Positions 61,945 through 64,000 of a DNA stretch of 64,000 nt are shown here, piece after piece. Within the stretch, counting starts at the first letter, position 1; the number at the start of each line of letters is the position of its first letter. The notes under the pieces are model-generated. The model saw nothing but the letters and a program-made list of their open reading frames with translations. It did no database searches and had not been told where the DNA came from. Origin of the DNA: Octopus bimaculoides (lineage: Eukaryota); NCBI RefSeq assembly GCF_001194135.2, contig NC_068994.1, positions 22,382,747 through 22,446,746 on the forward strand, in the 5' to 3' direction. A program made the position numbers and the translations under genes.

Positions 61945-62746
61945 TATCACTGAATATAAAATGAATAGAACAAACATATTAGCTACATTGGTATTTATAA
62001 ATTTGGTGAAAAATTATCATCTAAGCAAAATATTGTAACATATTTTACCAAAGAACATGAAGCAATAAGTGAAAGTTGTTGAGTAATGCTGAGACAATGT
62101 TATTGCAATAAACACAACTCATATCTTTAAAGCTGGTGAAAATATTTCCAGTGAGTTTTAATACCTTAGTTACATGAATTAATGATATTATAAGGTAGAA
62201 TTCTTTTCTTTCTTTAATTAAGTTTTTTTTTAAAAAGCATACCGTATTACAATGGGACTTATTCTTGTAAATGTGATGATTCTACACCACCATCTCATTA
62301 CCCATTGTTCTTCATTAGAATTGTTTTTCTTTGTGTTCCCCACCCTCACTTCCTATGTCCAATATTTCAAACTGAACATCAAACATAGCTTCAACAAATT
62401 TTAACTCCTTTCTTTATGCTGTCATGAACTGTGTAAGGTTAGCATTGGTGTATACTGCTTGTACAAGTGGTCTTATATTATCTCATCTCTAAGACTCAAT
62501 ATCCTACCCTCTTTTCTTTATAGTTAATCCTATTAGAAAGCACTTACAAAACAGACACTGGTACTTAAAAGAAAAATAAAGCTGTACAATTAAATGAATA
62601 AAATAGAGTAAATAAAGAGTGAATATTCAATACTGTACATAAGATATTTTTACCAAAGTATGGAACCCATAAACTGATGTTATATCTATTCAAACAAATT
62701 TTGATTGGTAGTTCAACAAATTTAGATGTTTATTAGAGTCCATGAC

Positions 62747-62974
62747 TTAACCCTTTAACATTTAAAACGGCCATAGCTGACCCAAATATTCTACCTGTTT
62801 TACGCTAAAACTGACCAGATCAGGCCTCTCACATCTACCCTGTAATATCATTCTGAAAATAAACAATCATATCTTTGAAATATCAAAGCTACGAGATAAT
62901 ACAGGATAAATTTTATAAAATGTGAATAAATAAATATTACATATGACATAGTAATCAGAATACTAAAGAAGTTC
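62747..62974 (+). mobile_element. piggyBac-type MITE, about 230 bp
   Basis: TTAA+CCCTTTAACATT left end and degenerate AATACTAAAGAAGTT right end; multiple copies in the window. Confidence 0.7.
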
Positions 62975-63369
62975 AAATATCATTTCTCAGTTAGACCACA
63001 GCAATTACAATATGACTTGCATCAAAAGATGATGTTACTTAACACTCCTAATACAGCAGTTATAAAATAAGAAACAATCATTAAATATAGCTATATATTC
63101 TTTATCATGGAAAATTGAAAAATATGTCATGTACAAAAATAATGTCATCTTAATGTAACATACTTAATCCTTTTCAGTGTCACATTATTTAGGAAGTTGA
63201 TTTAATTCTGTAGCAATCTGTCATATTATTTTAGTCATTTATGAAGAACCTAGCAATATACTTTGTGTATAATGAAAAATAACCCCAAATAATGTAGTAT
63301 CTTAGAATTGAACATAATCATAATTAAAAAACAGTTTTTTCACTAAGCTTATATATATATATATATATA

Positions 63370-64000
63370 CATTAGGCTGTTTCACATGAAATGTCCTGTT
63401 TGAAAACTAACAAAATGTTTCAGATGTGTTAGAGAACTGATTTATTTAATCAATGCATGATCCAAATAAGTAATGATCAGAAGGAGAGATATCAAGGGAA
63501 TAGGGAGGATGTTGCAAAATCTCATAATTCAGAATTCAGGCTTTGCAACTTTTGGACCATAGTTTGAAGAGTGTGAGGGCGTGCATTGTCGTGGAGCAAA
63601 ATTGGGCCATCTTCTTTTTCAAATTCTCATGCATACAATCAATTTCCTGACAATATGATGTTGCTGCTACCGTTTTTCCTTATTGCAAAAATGAATAATG
63701 AATAACTCCCTTCACAGATCACCATACAGTGACCACTAACTTTTTAGGGTGCAATGGTGGGTTTGGGTAGTGTTTAGGTGACTCTCCTGCATCTAATCAC
63801 TGTCCTGTTCTCCTACTGTTGTCAAAGAGTATCCATTTCTCATCACAAGTAATGATTTGATGCAAAAATGGTCTTTTTCCAGTCAAGAAGGCAATAAGGA
63901 GCACACTTCGAGGCGCCTGTGCTTTTGAAACTCGTTCAGTTGATGTGGAACAAACCTATCTGTTTTCTTGACTTTTCCAATTTTTTACAGGTGTCCAAAA
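63370..64000 (-). mobile_element. Mariner (Mos1-like) transposase remnant running off the right edge
   Basis: Minus frames: HFLHQIITCDEKWILFDN..SGQWLDAGESPKH.PKP.LHPKKL...KGVIHYSFLQ.GKTV, then decayed HDNA and PYSPD regions; flanked by (TA)n. Confidence 0.85.

Overview
AT-rich, repeat-dense eukaryotic genomic DNA. The SINE/LINE repertoire, (TA)n-associated scaffold gaps and C2H2-ZNF type look like an octopus/coleoid cephalopod assembly; this is inferred from pattern recognition, not from a database hit. Three host genes are supported. (1) A 9-exon EBNA1BP2/EBP2 rRNA-processing gene on the minus strand, CDS 26389->6094, 307 aa, reconstructed by hand from GT-AG exons and essentially absent from the ORF track. 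(2) DCP1 (mRNA-decapping enzyme 1) with an intronless CDS, minus strand 41762->39921. (3) A single-exon C2H2 zinc-finger gene, plus strand 52870-53901, possibly head-to-head with DCP1 across a promoter near 44.3-44.6 kb. The rest is mostly transposon debris: RTE/RTE-X, L2/CR1-like, Tx1/L1-like, RLE-type and Penelope retroelements, at least four tRNA-derived SINE families, a Helitron RepHel remnant, mariners, piggyBac- and Tc1-type MITEs, an LTR-gag remnant, and a 1036-bp foldback element with internal telomeric repeats upstream of EBP2. The most interesting leads are the ZNF with near-identical recognition helices, the foldback/G4 element, an inverted SINE pair bracketing EBP2 exons 3-6, a Tx1-like LINE fused to a SINE head, a degenerate Penelope hammerhead ribozyme, and the intronless DCP1 with uORFs. 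None of these is a proven new system. Most short ORFs in the track are spurious or TE fragments.
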